Positions 36,716 to 51,267 of a stretch of DNA of 64,000 nt are shown here, one piece after another; position 1 is the first letter of the stretch; each line of letters begins with the position of its first letter. The notes beneath the pieces were generated by a model. The model saw only the letters and a list, made by a program, of their open reading frames with translations. It was not told the DNA's origin and did not search any database. Position numbers and translations under genes: made by a program. The DNA is from Neoconidiobolus thromboides FSU 785. Lineage: Eukaryota; Fungi; Entomophthoromycota. The DNA lies in the NCBI GenBank assembly GCA_025603075.1, contig MU626284.1, forward strand, positions 1 to 64,000. Reading direction: 5' to 3'.

Positions 36716-37322
36716 TTAAGATGAATTAGACTCCAACATTAATTTAAAATTTAACACATCTTTTTTAGTTACTAATCCTACTAAATTACCATTTAACTCA
36801 ACTAATAATAAATGAGGCCTAAAAATAAAGATAAAAAAATATCATATAATCAAATAATTAGTTATTACCCCACTTTACGAAAAAAAGTACGAATAATTTC
36901 TAAAGATAATTTAGGATGAACTAAAAATGGATTCTAAATAAAATTTTAATATTAAGTATTAATATTAATATTAATAGAATGCTTACTGGATCCACTAAAG
37001 GCCCAAAATCTAATGAAGTCGAATTAGCTATGGAAGGAATATTTGGTTCTTCAAAATCAATTGACTGTGTAATAGATGGACTAAAAAAACAATGGGCATT
37101 TGGATTATATTGATTTAATTGTTTGTTTTGATCTAAGATAATAGTAACAAAATAATAAAATAATTAATATGAATAAAAACTAATATTATTAAATTTACCT
37201 AATACTTTTAGTATATCATTTCTTGCAATTAAACCTTCAATACGATAATCTCTTATACCATAAACAATAGGGTAATATGTAAATTCTTCATTTTTTATTA
37301 AATTTTCTATAATAAAATTAAT

Positions 37323-37355
<33 letters not shown>

Positions 37356-40300
37356 GTTTACCTAATTGATATAATTTCCAACCATTTTTTGGTATAGCTT
37401 TTAAATTTTTACACATAACTTGAGCCACTGGGATATTACCTAAATGTGCATCTTCTTCTTCTAAAAATGGGAAATGATTTAATTGGATAGCATGATCTGC
37501 AATACCACCATGATTAAATGCATCACCCACCGCTTTAGTTACAAATACTGTAATCATAGTTGGTAATATAAATTCAGATGCTCCTGTTAATTCAAACATG
37601 ATTACAACAACGGTAACTAATTTAAGCAATACGATTACTATTTTATTTTGATTATTGTTTTAATCTTTTTTGAATTTTACCTGTCATTTTAGTTACACCA
37701 CTAATATTTATTTAATTAGTTATCATCAATTATTAAACAAATAGTCATATTGTATTATTATTATTATTATTACCATAAAGCTGCTGCTGCTCCAAGAAAA
37801 GCATAAGTACCTGGATTAATACATTTCTATAATATTCAACAATAAAATAAAATAATAATAACTAATAATTAATCATTACTGAAGACCCAGAAGTACAAGA
37901 AGAAAACAACCACCAATTTGGGAAAGTACTAAATAAATATTGAATCCTATTTCATATTAATAATAAACAAACAATAACTTACATTGATAAATATTTAACA
38001 AAAACTCCCACTGCTCTACCAAAGCAGGCTCCAATAGCCATAGAGGGTATAAATATACCCGTTGGTACCTTAATTTATTATTAAAAAATTGAATTAATTA
38101 ATTAAAAAATAGTGAAAACAATTATTTACTTCACAACCATAAGTAATAGCTACTAATAAAGTACGTATTAAACATGCAGCTAATAAGGTCAATATTATTG
38201 ATATATCGGAATTGGCACTAAAGGTTTAATGAAAATTAATGATATATATATTTTCATATATATAATACTTAGTTTACCTACACAATGCAGGAAACCTTAA
38301 TTCTTGACATTCTTTAAATAAAATGGACATAGATTCGGACATATCAATTCTAAATAAATAATAAATAATAAATAATATTAATTTAATATTTTTAATATTT
38401 TTACCTTAAAAATATATTTGGATAACAAATACAAGTAGTCAAAAAAGATAAAACTACTACTTCTGATATTTTATAATTTTTCAAATATTTCTTCCTGAAC
38501 TTCATTACAAATGAATTTAATTTAATCACTAAAGTTCCATAAATGCCCTAAAATATAGAAAATAAATAAATAAGAATAAAAACAATAATATAATAATATA
38601 ATAATATAATAACTATTTCTATTATTTCTATTCTATTTAAAATTTAAAACTTACCCCAAACAAACCAATGAAACTAAAAAATAATATTTCAAACCCATTC
38701 CAAGCCTTATCGTTAGCCACTTGAAATAACACAATTTTACCTGAGCGAAAAGGATTAAATGCATGTAATATAACCGTAGCTACTAAAGCAGAAAAAAAAC
38801 TACGCCATAATGTTTTCATTGGGAAATGAGTACTTAGTTCCTATTATCAATTTGTTAACTGATTTAATAAATTTGATAAATAGATAATATATATATCAAA
38901 AATTACCTCTAATGAATATAAAACACCTCCAATTGGTGATCCAAAAGCTACTGCTACTCCCGCTGCTGAAGAGGCCGATAATATTTCTCGATTTTTGGCT
39001 AAAATAATCATATAAATATACTATTATTATTTATATTATATTACCATGATTATTTTTAAATTTAGCAAAGCATTTTGATATCATATCACCAATACAACAA
39101 GCCAAATGAACGGAGGGACCTTCTTTACCTAAGGATAAGCCAGAACTTACAGCTAATATCTAAAAATGCATTAAAATTAATATTTTATTTTAACAAAATA
39201 AGAATATTTAATAATGAATTTACCAAAGATATTAATTTAATTAATAAAGTGGATTTTCCTAAGAAATTGGGTAATATAAAACCACCTAATAATAATAATA
39301 ATAATAATAATAGAAGATTAATAAGTTTAAATTGAATATAGATTGATGATTAATGATTTACCCAATATACTTTTAATCTGAGGAATACCCGAACCGGAAG
39401 CAGTAGGAGCTAACGATTTAACTAGATATGTAGCTAAAAAAGCTAAAGTAGTCTATAGTTGAAATTGATTTTTAATATACTTTAATGTAATTTCGATTTT
39501 TTTTTATGATAGTGATATTAAAAAAAGACAGCTAACTTACACTAATACATAAATAAAATAACCAATTGACTAATACACCCAAACTAGTAATTTCTGCTCC
39601 ATGATAACCCCATTGTTGCCAATCAGAACAGTTTCCATCTAATATATATCATTAATAATTAATTTAAATAAGAAATAATAGAATAATATATATAATACTA
39701 CTATTATTAATATTTATTATTAATTAATTAAACTAAAATACCATTATCTTCATTTTTCCAACAACAAAATTTGCGATTAAAATACCAATGAGATTGACAA
39801 TAACCTAATTTTAAGTCAACTAGCCAACCAGCAGAAACATCAATAAAGGCAGCACAGGAACCTATTGCAACACCTAGTTTTTAAAACAAACTATCAATAT
39901 ATATTGAGATTGATAATTAAATCTTTTGATTGTTCTTAATTACATCTTGTATATTATATTCATTATTTTTTTGAATGTTTGAAATTTAGTGTTTAGCTTT
40001 AATTCTACAATAACTTACCTACTAATAATACCACAATCCAAGATTGAGCTGCTTCATAAAAATAAACTATTTGAGAACTTAAATGACCATTTTGAAAATA
40101 ATTTTGGAGTTGCTTTCGACGTTGTCGGGATAAGTTTAAATCATAAACCCAATCTAATTTTAGTATGGAATGGTTTGAACATTAATTGATAATAGATAAG
40201 CGGAATCCATTTTTTACCTACTGTTTTAAATTGTTCAAAATTTGGGCTTTGTTGATCGGAAGAGATGGTATTGATAGTAACCATTTTTTCATACAATGTT

Positions 40301-40390
40301 TGAAAATAACTAGACATAATGGAATATTAATTGAGTTTCTTATTATTCTTAATTGGGTTTTCGTTTTACTTACTTTACAATTTGATTCAT
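36716..40390 (-). CDS. CLC chloride channel/antiporter (Gef1/CLC-3 type, CBS domains; many short exons)
   Basis: [65 protein letters not shown]-terminal [14 protein letters not shown]. The start (40390 or 40317) is uncertain. Confidence 0.92.
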
Positions 40391-40622
40391 AATTTGGATC
40401 TTAATTCTTTATAAATAACATCAAAAAAATCAGAACATTAATTTAAAAATTTTAATATATTAAATTTCAATTATGACTACATCAAATTAAAAAATGGAGC
40501 CAATAAACAATGAAAATAAACAATGAAAATAAGTAATAAAAATAAATTCTAAAAATCTATAAAAAAAACTAAATTTTAATAGCTTAAAAGACATCTAATA
40601 AATTCTCCGATTAAATTTAATT

Positions 40623-41819
40623 TTAACCTTGGATAGGGTTGGTAACATTCTCTGGGCTATTTTCTCCATTATTTTCTCCATTATTCTCTCCATTATTTTC
40701 AATATTCCTTATTTGTTCAAGTTTACTTTTTTTAATATCTTGACCCAACACACTACTTTCATCTCCGATATCCTTCTCCTCCAAATTCTCCTCCGCATCC
40801 ATCTCTCCATTTTGTAATTGATTTAACAATTCATGAGAAATAACTCGATCTCTAGGAATATTTGGTGGTAAATTAAAATCTTCCCCACGAATATATCTTC
40901 TTAACCATTTCATTTTACCTCCTGAAGCCGCATTTTCATTCACTTTAAATCCAAAGATACGTTCTTGATAAATAAATTGAATACCATCTTCTGGTTCTCT
41001 ACAATGAATAACATCAGGGTAAGTCAACATAAATAGATGAGGAAAAGTGGTACCAAAAAAAGCCCCTAAATAAATAGAAATTAATGAAATTAATTCGATA
41101 TTAATTGAATTCAATATATATATATATACATATATATGATTAAAAACCTATTACTTACCATCTACTGAACTATACCTTGAAGAAGGAGGATTATATAAAT
41201 CCAAACAAGAAGGACAAAATAATTTGACGGTACTAACATTCATCACATCCGAAATACCCACTGGTAATACATGTGCGCCATAACATAAATCTCTTGGACA
41301 AACACCGAAGGCTCCATTGGCGTATTTGTTATGCTAAATAATAATAATAAATTAGAAATAGTTCTATTAAAAAAAATTGTAATAGATTAACAAAATACTT
41401 ACCATGGTATATAATCCATGTTTAGTAATAATATATCTTGCATGTATTAAACCATATAATTTTTCGGCATTTTCTTCTAATAAAGCTTCATCGGTATCCG
41501 ATTCCATTTCCTCTATTTTTTTAAAAAGATCCTTTAATTTTTTTTCAAAAAAGAATCTCCTTTTAAATTTACCTTGTTCAATATCTAAAATAGTATCAAT
41601 ACATCTATCATAATCTTTTACCAAGGAAGGTAATCCAGTTAAATTAAAATCATCTTCAATATATTCTTCAGGTACTTCACAATAAAACTCATTTCCACTC
41701 ATAGAACAATACCAATGGACCCAACTAACTGTTTCTTCTTCTAAAGATTCATAACTTCCCATACTATCTCCTTCTGCTGATTGGATTCCAGATGTACGTA
41801 TAGGTCGTTGTGCTTGCAT
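40623..41819 (-). CDS. CKB1: Casein kinase II regulatory (beta) subunit (multi-exon)
   Basis: SWVHWYCSMSGNEFYCEVPEEYIEDDFNLTGL, LYGLIHARYIIT, FGVCPRDLCYGAHVLPVG (Zn ribbon), VKLFCPSCLDLY, GAFFGTTFPHLF, RIFGFKV. Confidence 0.93.
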
Positions 41820-42147
41820 TTTCGAATCCTTCCTACCTGATAGTCAATTGTATAACAAATATTAGCTTGAGAATTGAATACTTTAGGTCCAATAAATCCT
41901 TAAATTTCAAGTGCAAGGTTATGATTGGATAAACTTAGATATCAACTATTTTTGGTGGAGCTAAAAATTAAGTTATTTTTTTGATTGGCAATTTTTCTAA
42001 AAAATAATGAATTAGTGCTAAAAAAAACTCAAGTTAGAAAAGAACCAATGAATCAAAGGAAAGGATTATTTCAAATAATGATAAAGTTAATGCTAACTTT
42101 TCTTATATATAATATCTTTCTACATATTCTAATAAAAAAAGAAAAAA

Positions 42148-42768
42148 ATGGATAAATTAATTAAAGAGCAATCTTTGTTTACGACTTCAGCCTCATTAAG
42201 TGAAAGTGTTGATAGTAAAATTACAATTCATTAAACTAATTCATTATTCTAAATTTTTCTAAATTTTATAGAACGAGTCTTAGTAATATTACGAGATGGA
42301 CGTAAGTTGATAGGTTATCTTAGAACATATGATCAATATGGTAACTTTTGTTATTAAATTTAATTAATAATTAATAAATAAAGAAAAATTTATTTTAATT
42401 GATAGCCAACTTGGTACTACAAAATACAGTTGAAAGAGTTTATGCTGGTGAAGGATATGGAGATGTTGAGTTGGGGATCTATGTTGTTCGTGGTGAAAAT
42501 GTAGTGTTAATGGGTGAAATTGTAGGTTCTTATAAATTTTAGAAAACATCAAAGAAATATGAAAAAGAAACAAAGATATTAATGGATTTTTTAAATCTAG
42601 GATGGTGAAATTGAAGATTCTTTAGAATTATATGAGTTACCAGTGGAACAAGTTAGGGAGATGGAAATTGAAGAAAAAGAAAATTTACGTAAACTTGAAA
42701 AGAAAAGGAAAGAAGTATTATTTCAACAAGGTTTTTCTGTGGATTTTGTGGATACCGATTTTTATTAA
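42148..42768 (+). CDS. LSM1: Sm-like protein LSM1 (4 exons)
   Basis: [48 protein letters not shown]...GIYVVRGENVVLMGEID. Confidence 0.93.
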
Positions 42769-42925
42769 ATATAATTTAAGTGTTTTTTATAATTGTTTTT
42801 TATTATCTTTTTTTGTACTTTTTTTAAGATAACCAATGATATAGCTTACGTGGCTTTTTTTAGTCAATTTTTTCGAGATTAGTTTGTGTTAAAATTGTTT
42901 TTTACTTAAAATTCAATATTAAAAA

Positions 42926-44924
42926 ATGGAAAGAAGTTATGAAGTAAAATTTAATAAGAAATAATGAAAATTCAACTCTAAATACTTATAAACTATATTT
43001 AGACCGCTGTTAATGATTTAAATAATTTACAAAGTAATGCTAGTATTATAAAAGAAATCAATGAAAATCGAGGGAATTTATTTAAAAATTCCATACCTGA
43101 AATGCATGAATATTTAGATTTAATAGGTTATAAGGTAAGTTATTTTTATTATAAAAAAGGACTGTATAAAAGTTGAATTGGTAATTTTGTTATTAAATAG
43201 GCAGAAGAATTAGATCAATTAAATATAATTCATATAACTGGAACAAAAGGAAAGGGTTCGACTGCTGCTTTTTGTCAAAACATTTTGAAAAATTGCAACT
43301 TAAAGACAGGTAAATAAAAGATCATTTATTCACTATAATAGCAGTAAATAATTTTCTTAATAGGTTTATTTACTTCCCCTCATATGATAGAAGTTCGAGA
43401 AAGAATTAGAATTAATGGCATTCCATTAGATAGAAAAAAATTTTGTACTTATTTTTATTATTGTTATGATCGACTGATTGGTAAAAAAGTAATATTTGAA
43501 ATAATTTTTTTATTAATAATATTATTAAATTAAATAATTAAATGATTTTTTATATTGTATAGAAATCCAAAATCAACCCTTATTTACCCGGTCCTTCTTA
43601 TTTTCGATTTTTAACTTTATTAGCTTTCCATGCTTTTATTCAAGAAAAAGTAAGTATTATAATAAAGCATCATGAAAAATATTAAATTTAACTTTTCCTT
43701 CTTCTTTTAGGTTCAAGCCACCATATTAGAGGTTGGAATAGGTGGAGAATATGATAGTACCAATATAATATTACACCCTAAAGTAACTGGTATCTCCCAT
43801 CTTGGTTTAGATCATACCAATTTATTAGGTAATACTATTCAAGAAATTGCTTGGCATAAAGCAGGAATTATGAAAGTAAGTTTTTGATCTAGATAATTAT
43901 TGATTATAGAAAAGAGATTGAATGTTTTATTTATTTTATTAATTTTAGACTGGAAGTCCAGCTTTTACAGTGAAACAATTGAGTAAAGAAGCTAGTAAAG
44001 TTTTGGTAGATAGAGCAAATGAAAAAAAAGTAAAATTGATAATTAATAATCAATAATCAATAATTTTATTATTAATACCTTAATTTACTAGGTTAGTTTA
44101 GAAATAGTTAAACCATTAACAGAATATAGCAATTTTAATAAATTAAATTTGGGTAATGATAAAATGGTTGATTTATAAATCTATATTAATAGTTTTCTTA
44201 GCTCTTTCTGGTTCACATCAATTAGAAAATGCTTCATTAGCTTATGAACTCTGTCAAAGCTTTTTAAATAAAAACAAAACAAATGAAATACCCGAATCAG
44301 TCATCACCTCACTCAACAATACTACTTGGCCAGGACGTAGCCAACGCTACATTGACACTTATGGAATTGAATGGTACCTGGATGGTGCACATACCACAGA
44401 TAGTATTGAATTAAGTATTAAATGGTATTTGGAAAACTATGATCCAGAGTTACCAACTTATATTTTATTCAATGGAGCTAAGGATCGAGATGCTAAATTG
44501 TTATTTAATATAATTTTACGGGAAGTGAAAAAAAAGAATGTAAATGTATCAAACTTAATACTTTGTCCTAATATTGTGGGTAGTGTACAGATGTTGGACA
44601 GTGTCAATCATACATTGGAAAATAATGAAAAATTAGAAATTCAAAATCAATTGAAGCAAATCTGGGAAGATGAGTATAAAGATAAAAAAGTAAGTTTAAA
44701 TTTATATCAAATTATATAGTATAAATAATAAATGATAAATTTTATTTTAGTCATCAATAGCTTTAGTATTTCCAACTATACAAATAGCATGTGATACAAT
44801 TCAACAAAAGATAAATAAGACATCTCAAAACAAAACCAATGGTTTAAAAGCTCAAGTTTTAGTTACAGGTTCTTTACATCTGGTTGGTGGGGTTATGTCT
44901 GTATTAAAACATCCCGTGGTTTAA
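42926..44924 (+). CDS. MET7: Folylpolyglutamate synthase (FolC/Met7 family; multi-exon)
   Basis: AVNDLNNLQSNA, IIHITGTKGKGSTAAF, GLFTSPHMIEVRERIRING, ILEVGIGGEYDSTNII, LGLDHTNLLG, WPGRSQ, WYLDGAHT, VLVTGSLHLVGG. Confidence 0.93.
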
Positions 44925-46264
44925 TAAATAGTTACTAGAGAATAACAAGTATGCTTATTTTTATAGAAATTTATCTAGTGATTGTTGTTATATTATAACT
45001 GCTTTTTTATTGTATTTGTTTGTTATTTTCTACATATCTAGAATAGTAAATTACAGTAAACATTCCAACAAAAAAAATACAGGTATACACATTTTAACAT
45101 TTAGTATTAATTCTTAATTCTTTTTTATTTTGATTGTTTACTTACTACAATCCTACTATTAATTATATATGTTAATATTGTATTTTTTTAAAATATTACT
45201 ACTATTTTATTTTATTTTACTTTATCTTAACAATAAACTTGTCAATTTCGGTTTCATATCAAGTATTAAATTTTAACTTACCCCACTTTCTCCAAGAGCT
45301 AATTATTTTTTTAGAGTTAGTTTTATAAATTTTAATTGATTATTATCATTAATATTAACTTTCATCTCTTATTTTACTAATATATTAAGAATTATTATAT
45401 TAATTCATTATTTATAGTTTAAATTAATAATAATTTAAAAAAGTCTGATTTAACATATTGAATAAAATAATGAATTCAATCTAGTGAATATAAGGAAATG
45501 GATCATCTTTTAAACTAACTAGTATTTTCTATTTGTTTTTATTTTCTATTTTTCATCCCTTATTTAATTCTCTAAAGAAAAATGATGAACAAAACTTCTA
45601 CCAATAAATCTAAAATAATAAACAGGTAACTTTTTATTGAAGCATTAAAAACGTAAAAAATTTGGGGATACAATTGATTTATTGGACCCAACTGAACTAT
45701 GCATACGAAATTGTTATGGAGAACAAAAAATAAATAAACAAAAGCTTTTAGTAAAAATATAAAACAGAATAAATTTTATTGGTGGATTGATTTGTAATGA
45801 TTAAGATATGAACTCGTTCATTGGCTTATCCTAAAAAAATGACAAAAGTAGGCAAATTGCAGATTGAGTAATGACGCTTTAGGGGAGGTAAAATGAGCTT
45901 AAAATAGTAATTTAGAATCTAATGATTCAACTGTAACATAAGTTTTAAAGCTTTTATTAGCTATTTTGTTGGGGATTACTCCTTAAATTTTAATCATCTA
46001 TATTTAATATAAAAAAATAGTATTTAAGCTAACAAAAGAACATTTTTATTTGTAATTTTTTTACTTAATTATCTTCTCAAATTGATATTATTTATAAACT
46101 TCGATTTTATAAAATTTTAACAATTTTAATAGAAACTCACTTTTTATTTATCTTTTTATATTAGATCCTTAGAAGTTCATTCCTTTTTCTAGATCTTATT
46201 TATTATATCCAATTAATACTTTATATTACCTTTTACAGAAAATTATTATTTATTACTAGTGACA

Positions 46265-47848
46265 ATGGCTACCTTACTTAATCCCCATTCTAAACCATTT
46301 ACTCCAACAGTAAGTTTTTATCGTTTTGTTTCTAAATCTAAAGTTTACTTATCTTTTTCTTTATAGACTTCAGCTACTATTCCATCAGAGCCAAAAGACG
46401 AAATTAAAGCAGGGTTTGATAGCTCATGGATAAAATCAGCTTCATCATCACGTCGTTCCTCATTAGCTGCGCCTCCAGGTATTTCCTTACCAGTACAAAA
46501 TAGTAATCCAAAAATGATGCCTAAGCTTACTCGTGCTGCTAGTGTTTCATTTTTACCTCAGCTGTCTGATGATTCTTTCAATTTAAATCATTTAACCCAA
46601 TTAGCTGAAGCTACAAGTAGGATCCAAAATGGCAAATCAATTCAACCAAAAATGAATTCAGATTTTTGGAATCAAGAAGATAAAAGTAATGCTGCTTCCT
46701 GGAATGGATTAAATGACAACTCAATGAAATCTCAATTTGATTATAATTCATATCAAAAGTTCGCATTTCAAACTCGTCGTATGTCATTAAATCCAGCTAG
46801 TGATTTATTACCTAATCGTACAATGGGTTATACTAATCCTTTACATGGGTTAAGATCAAATGGCTATAATAACTATGATATGGATCCCTCCTTATCAATT
46901 CCTTTTGGTAATTCTAACTATTTAAGTTATTCGAGAAGTGATTCACTAAGTTCATCTTCATTAGCTACTCAATCTTTAGGTTCAACCGATTCAATTACTA
47001 GTCAAGCTAGTAGTCGAGTATCTAGACGTTTTTCATTAGCACCTCAATTTGGTATCGATTTAGATTTTGAAGATCAACTTAGTCAGCAATTAGATAATTT
47101 ATGGATTGAAAACTCAGCCCCATTATCTGGTCGTCGTCATTCAGTAGCTGCTTCTGCTTTTCCAATACGTCATCAATCTCCACCTACTCCATCTGAACAT
47201 AATGATCCGATTTCAAAAACATATGCTTTACCTAAAGAAAATATGCCAGAATATACGGAAACATATAAGATAGATAATATGAATAGTAATATGAATTCGA
47301 AAGAAGGAGAAAATTATTTTGTAGTTGAATTTAAACATGATCGTATGGATGCTTACTATATGCCATTAGATTCTATGACTACATATAAAGTAGGAGACTT
47401 AGTCATAGTTGAAGCAGATCGTGGTCAAGATTTAGGAAAAATTGTTAAAGATCGGGTAAATATGATGCAACTTCAACAAATTCAAGCGGAACATCGTATG
47501 AAAATGGCGGATACACCAAGGCAGTTTGAACCCAAAAGAATTTTAAGACATGCCCATCCAGCTGAAGTTAGTCAATTAGTTACTAAAGCCCAAGATGAAG
47601 CTAAAGCTTTACAAATGTGTCATGTTAAATTAAGACATCATAATTTGCCTATGGAAATTGTTGATGCTGAGTATCAATGGTAAATATATATATAATATAG
47701 TTATAATAGATATTAATGTTATAATAGGGATCGTCGTAAGTTGACTTTCTTTTATCGAGCTGAAGAAAGAATTGATTTCCGTGAATTAGTACGTGAATTA
47801 TTTAAAGTATACAAAACAAGGATTTGGATGCGTGCCCTTCTAGCTTAA
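46265..47848 (+). CDS. PSP1 C-terminal domain protein (3 exons)
   Basis: Ser-rich disordered N-terminus; C-terminal [30 protein letters not shown]...[19 protein letters not shown]...[21 protein letters not shown]. Confidence 0.88.
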
Positions 47849-47975
47849 TATATAAAATATCGATGTAGGAAAAAACAAAAGAGCTGTATTAAAATATTAT
47901 AATTTTTTTTATAAAGAAGCATGAAATTTATTATTATTAAATAAAATTATTTGTAAGTCAATATTATTAATATAT

Positions 47976-48072
47976 GAGGGTGTTTTTTGGTTTCATTACT
48001 TTTTTCATTTTTTAAGCACTATTTGAGTGAAAAGGTTGCTAGTAAAATTCTTAAACAAAAAAATACATCCCC
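47976..48072 (-). mobile_element. MITE family copy
   Basis: GAGGGTGTTTTTT...AAAAAAATACATCCCC, about 180 bp upstream of the ATG at 48253. Confidence 0.85.
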
Positions 48073-48252
48073 TAATGTTTGTATGCCTTTAATCTTTTTG
48101 TTTTGTTTAAATTTTTTTGTAAAAATAAAAATAAAGTTTTTAAATCTTTGTAGCTTTTTTAAAATAAATTTTGTCAAGCCTATTTTTTCACAAAACTCAA
48201 ATCATCATTCAGAATCAAGTATTTTTTTGCCAAAACTATCAAAATCTAAAAA

Positions 48253-49545
48253 ATGTTATTAAAACTCATTTATCGTCAATCCAACCTACTGCAGCGAGGC
48301 AGTGTCTTAAAGCCTTTAATAAAAACAGTATTGCCAACCAAGAGGCTAACTGTTTTATATTCAACTACTCAAGGCCAACCTATATTATATAAAACCAATA
48401 CTTTCCGTTCTCAGCTATTAGGTCCTGGTCGACGTCTTGGTTTAGCATTTGTAATTTCAGCTTCGTTAACTGGATTTGCATTAGGAGCATGGTTCTTTAC
48501 TCATCTTTACATTGAATTTTATTTGCATCCAACTAGTGATAAACTCTCCTCCGAAGTTCGAAGCTATCTTCGTGGTGCTTATTTACGTGAAGAATACCAA
48601 CCAGATCCAGCTTTAGTAGAAATGTATTTAACCAAAGCAAAAGAAAAGATATTATTAGACCATGAGGTTGCTATGGATTCTATTGAATTAATTGATGTTA
48701 ATTTCCGATTAGGAGAAAATTTTAAGATTAGAAAACAATATCAAGATGCACTTGATTGTTATTTACAAGTTTGGTATAGTTTAATCGAGAATAAAGGAGT
48801 GGCTTTTGATCAACTAAAATTAATCAAATTACTTCAAGCTGGTTTACAGATAAGTAGGTTATATACTCAAATGAAAAAATACGATTTAGCAAAAGAATAT
48901 TTAATTAATGGGTTTGAATTATCAGAAAAATTTAAAGATCGAATTCAAGAGAGTGAGTTTAAAGATAGTTTAACTAAATTGATTATCAATCATATAAGTT
49001 TTGAAAAAATTAATTTAGATTATCGTATTGAATTAGCTTTAAATTCAACTTTAAAAAAGGAGTATGACTTAGCTTTAAATCTTTATTTTGACTGTTTAAA
49101 AGATATACAAAAGTTAAATCCAATAATTAGTAGTAATGAAATTCAAAACAAAAATGCTTCTTCAGACACTGAAACTAAACCATTACATCCATGGGGAGCT
49201 ATTGAGTCCATTGTACTAGGTTACATTGCCCAAACAACGTATGGAAAGACAGGATCTGTGGAAGAGAGTTTGCCATGGGCATGGAAGTCTTACAAAACAT
49301 CCGAACCATATCATCACCGTACTGTTGATGGCGAAGTATCTGGTGCTACTGCAATGAAAACTTTGGCAAGCTTTTATACCCTTAAAAAAGATTTTAATCA
49401 AGCTCAAGCGTGTCTTTCAAAAGCTTTGTCTTTAGCTAATGCAGCAGCCGATAATGAATTGGCTTTAAGTATTGGAAAGCAGTTAGCTAAAATACAGGAT
49501 AGAAAGGAAGTAAATGGGAGTGAGAATACAAAAGTTCAAAAATAA
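48253..49545 (+). CDS. Predicted mitochondrial single-TM, TPR-like helical-repeat protein (Mgr3/TTC19-like), 430 aa
   Basis: Basic, acid-free N-terminus, TM at about residues 63-88, then TPR-like helices (RLGENFK...YQDALDCYLQ; LASFY...FNQAQACLSKAL). The specific family is an inference. Confidence 0.7.
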   Translation: MLLKLIYRQSNLLQRGSVLKPLIKTVLPTKRLTVLYSTTQGQPILYKTNTFRSQLLGPGRRLGLAFVISASLTGFALGAWFFTHLYIEFYLHPTSDKLSSEVRSYLRGAYLREEYQPDPALVEMYLTKAKEKILLDHEVAMDSIELIDVNFRLGENFKIRKQYQDALDCYLQVWYSLIENKGVAFDQLKLIKLLQAGLQISRLYTQMKKYDLAKEYLINGFELSEKFKDRIQESEFKDSLTKLIINHISFEKINLDYRIELALNSTLKKEYDLALNLYFDCLKDIQKLNPIISSNEIQNKNASSDTETKPLHPWGAIESIVLGYIAQTTYGKTGSVEESLPWAWKSYKTSEPYHHRTVDGEVSGATAMKTLASFYTLKKDFNQAQACLSKALSLANAAADNELALSIGKQLAKIQDRKEVNGSENTKVQK

Positions 49546-49691
49546 AAATAGAAATTAAAATTAAGTATATTAATGTAATTATTTTTATTTTATTACTCAT
49601 ATTCTTATAAAAGTTTGAATTTTAACACTTAAAAATAATTATCCATTATAAAAAAAGTCTATTTTTTTTATAAATAAGAGAAAAGTTGGGT

Positions 49692-50702
49692 TTAAGCATA
49701 GTTATCAACTAAAGAATCACGCATATCATTAATAAACGCTGATGGTTTAGCATCTTGAAGTTTGAAGATACTTTCAACAACTGAAAGTTCAGTTGCTGTA
49801 GTATCCATACCACAAAAAGCAGCCCAATCATTGACTACTAATCCTGCTCCAAGTACATTAGATCCTCGATTTACAGTACCTGCCTAAATAAAAGTAAACA
49901 AGTTTTCTTTTTTTCTAAATTAAAATTCCTTACAACTAAAGGTACTTGTAAAAGAGAAGAAAGTTCATCTTGATCTTGAATACTAGTGGAAGGATGAACC
50001 ATACCACCTTGATTACTAAATGAACAGAAACTACCAACTAATACATTATCCGCTACAGTATGTCTAAATACTTCGACTTGTAAAACATCAGCAATGATCT
50101 CTTCTGTTTCCTAAAAAACGTTAACTACTTTCTTTAAAGCTATAGCTTGCTAATTATTACCCTGTCAATATCAGGATGCACTAAAGCTACATAATCGTTA
50201 CAGGCAACTACATTACCTAAAGCAGATAAACGTTCTTCTATCCTTTGGATAGCTACTTTATCTGGTAAAGAATTTCTCAAATGTTGAAGTTCCTAAATAC
50301 TAGATTAATATTGATTAACTACTACAGCTATATCAACTTACTTGATCAGTTGTACCGCTTGGAACTAATAGACCATTTTTATTACCAACGGTAAGAGAAC
50401 CAACGATTCTGGTACCAGCGATAGAAGTATGAATTACGGGCATAGCATCGGATAATTCACCTTCGAAAACACTATTGTTTTTTCAATATTCAATAAGTTT
50501 GTTTTTGTTGTATCTTAGTTTACTTACCTATAAAAGTTTTCAGAACCACCAATGGCAACTAAGCAGTAAGAGTTGGTTAAACGAGAAAATACACCAATCT
50601 CATTATTATTTTCAAATTGAGCACCTAAAATAAATTAAGAAAAGAATTCGTTAGTTTTGTTATTCGCTTTTTTTAGCTATTTGGTCACTTACGTACAGCC
50701 AT
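49692..50702 (-). CDS. TIF6: Translation initiation factor 6 (eIF6; multi-exon)
   Basis: MAVR|[31 protein letters not shown]..., [59 protein letters not shown]. Confidence 0.96.
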
Positions 50703-51267
50703 CACTATATTTTCTTTTTAAAAAAGGGTTATTAATTTATAAAGGCTTAGTTTTTAGTTTGCTTTTATACTACTTACTTTACTGCGTTAACTAGAGGTTA
50801 AAATGCGCAGCTTTTTATAATCAATTTGCAGCTAAGTTTTTAAAGTGAAAGGTGTAGCTTTCTGAGTGCTATAAAATAAAGCTATTCTTAATATGATGAA
50901 ATAACATCATAATATAAAAGCATAGTTTTAAAAATAGATTTAATTATATTAAAAAAATAACACATATTAAAATTGCATTTTTGGAATTTTTTTCAGCATT
51001 AAAGTGCTTACTAGCAATAAACTTCACTCATTTAAAACTTAATTTTTGAAAATTTATTATTTATTTTTAGAAATATTAAAACTACCAACTTTTAAATTTT
51101 AACTTTTAAAGAAGATTTTTAAACGTCCCATAATAAATTCCAAGAATTTAAAAAGATTGAATAAAAAAGGCTAACAATCTTAACATTTAATATTAAGAAA
51201 AAATAGGTAAATAAAATAACCTATAACTCGAATAGAAACAATAAACTTAACTTTAACAAATTAGAAA

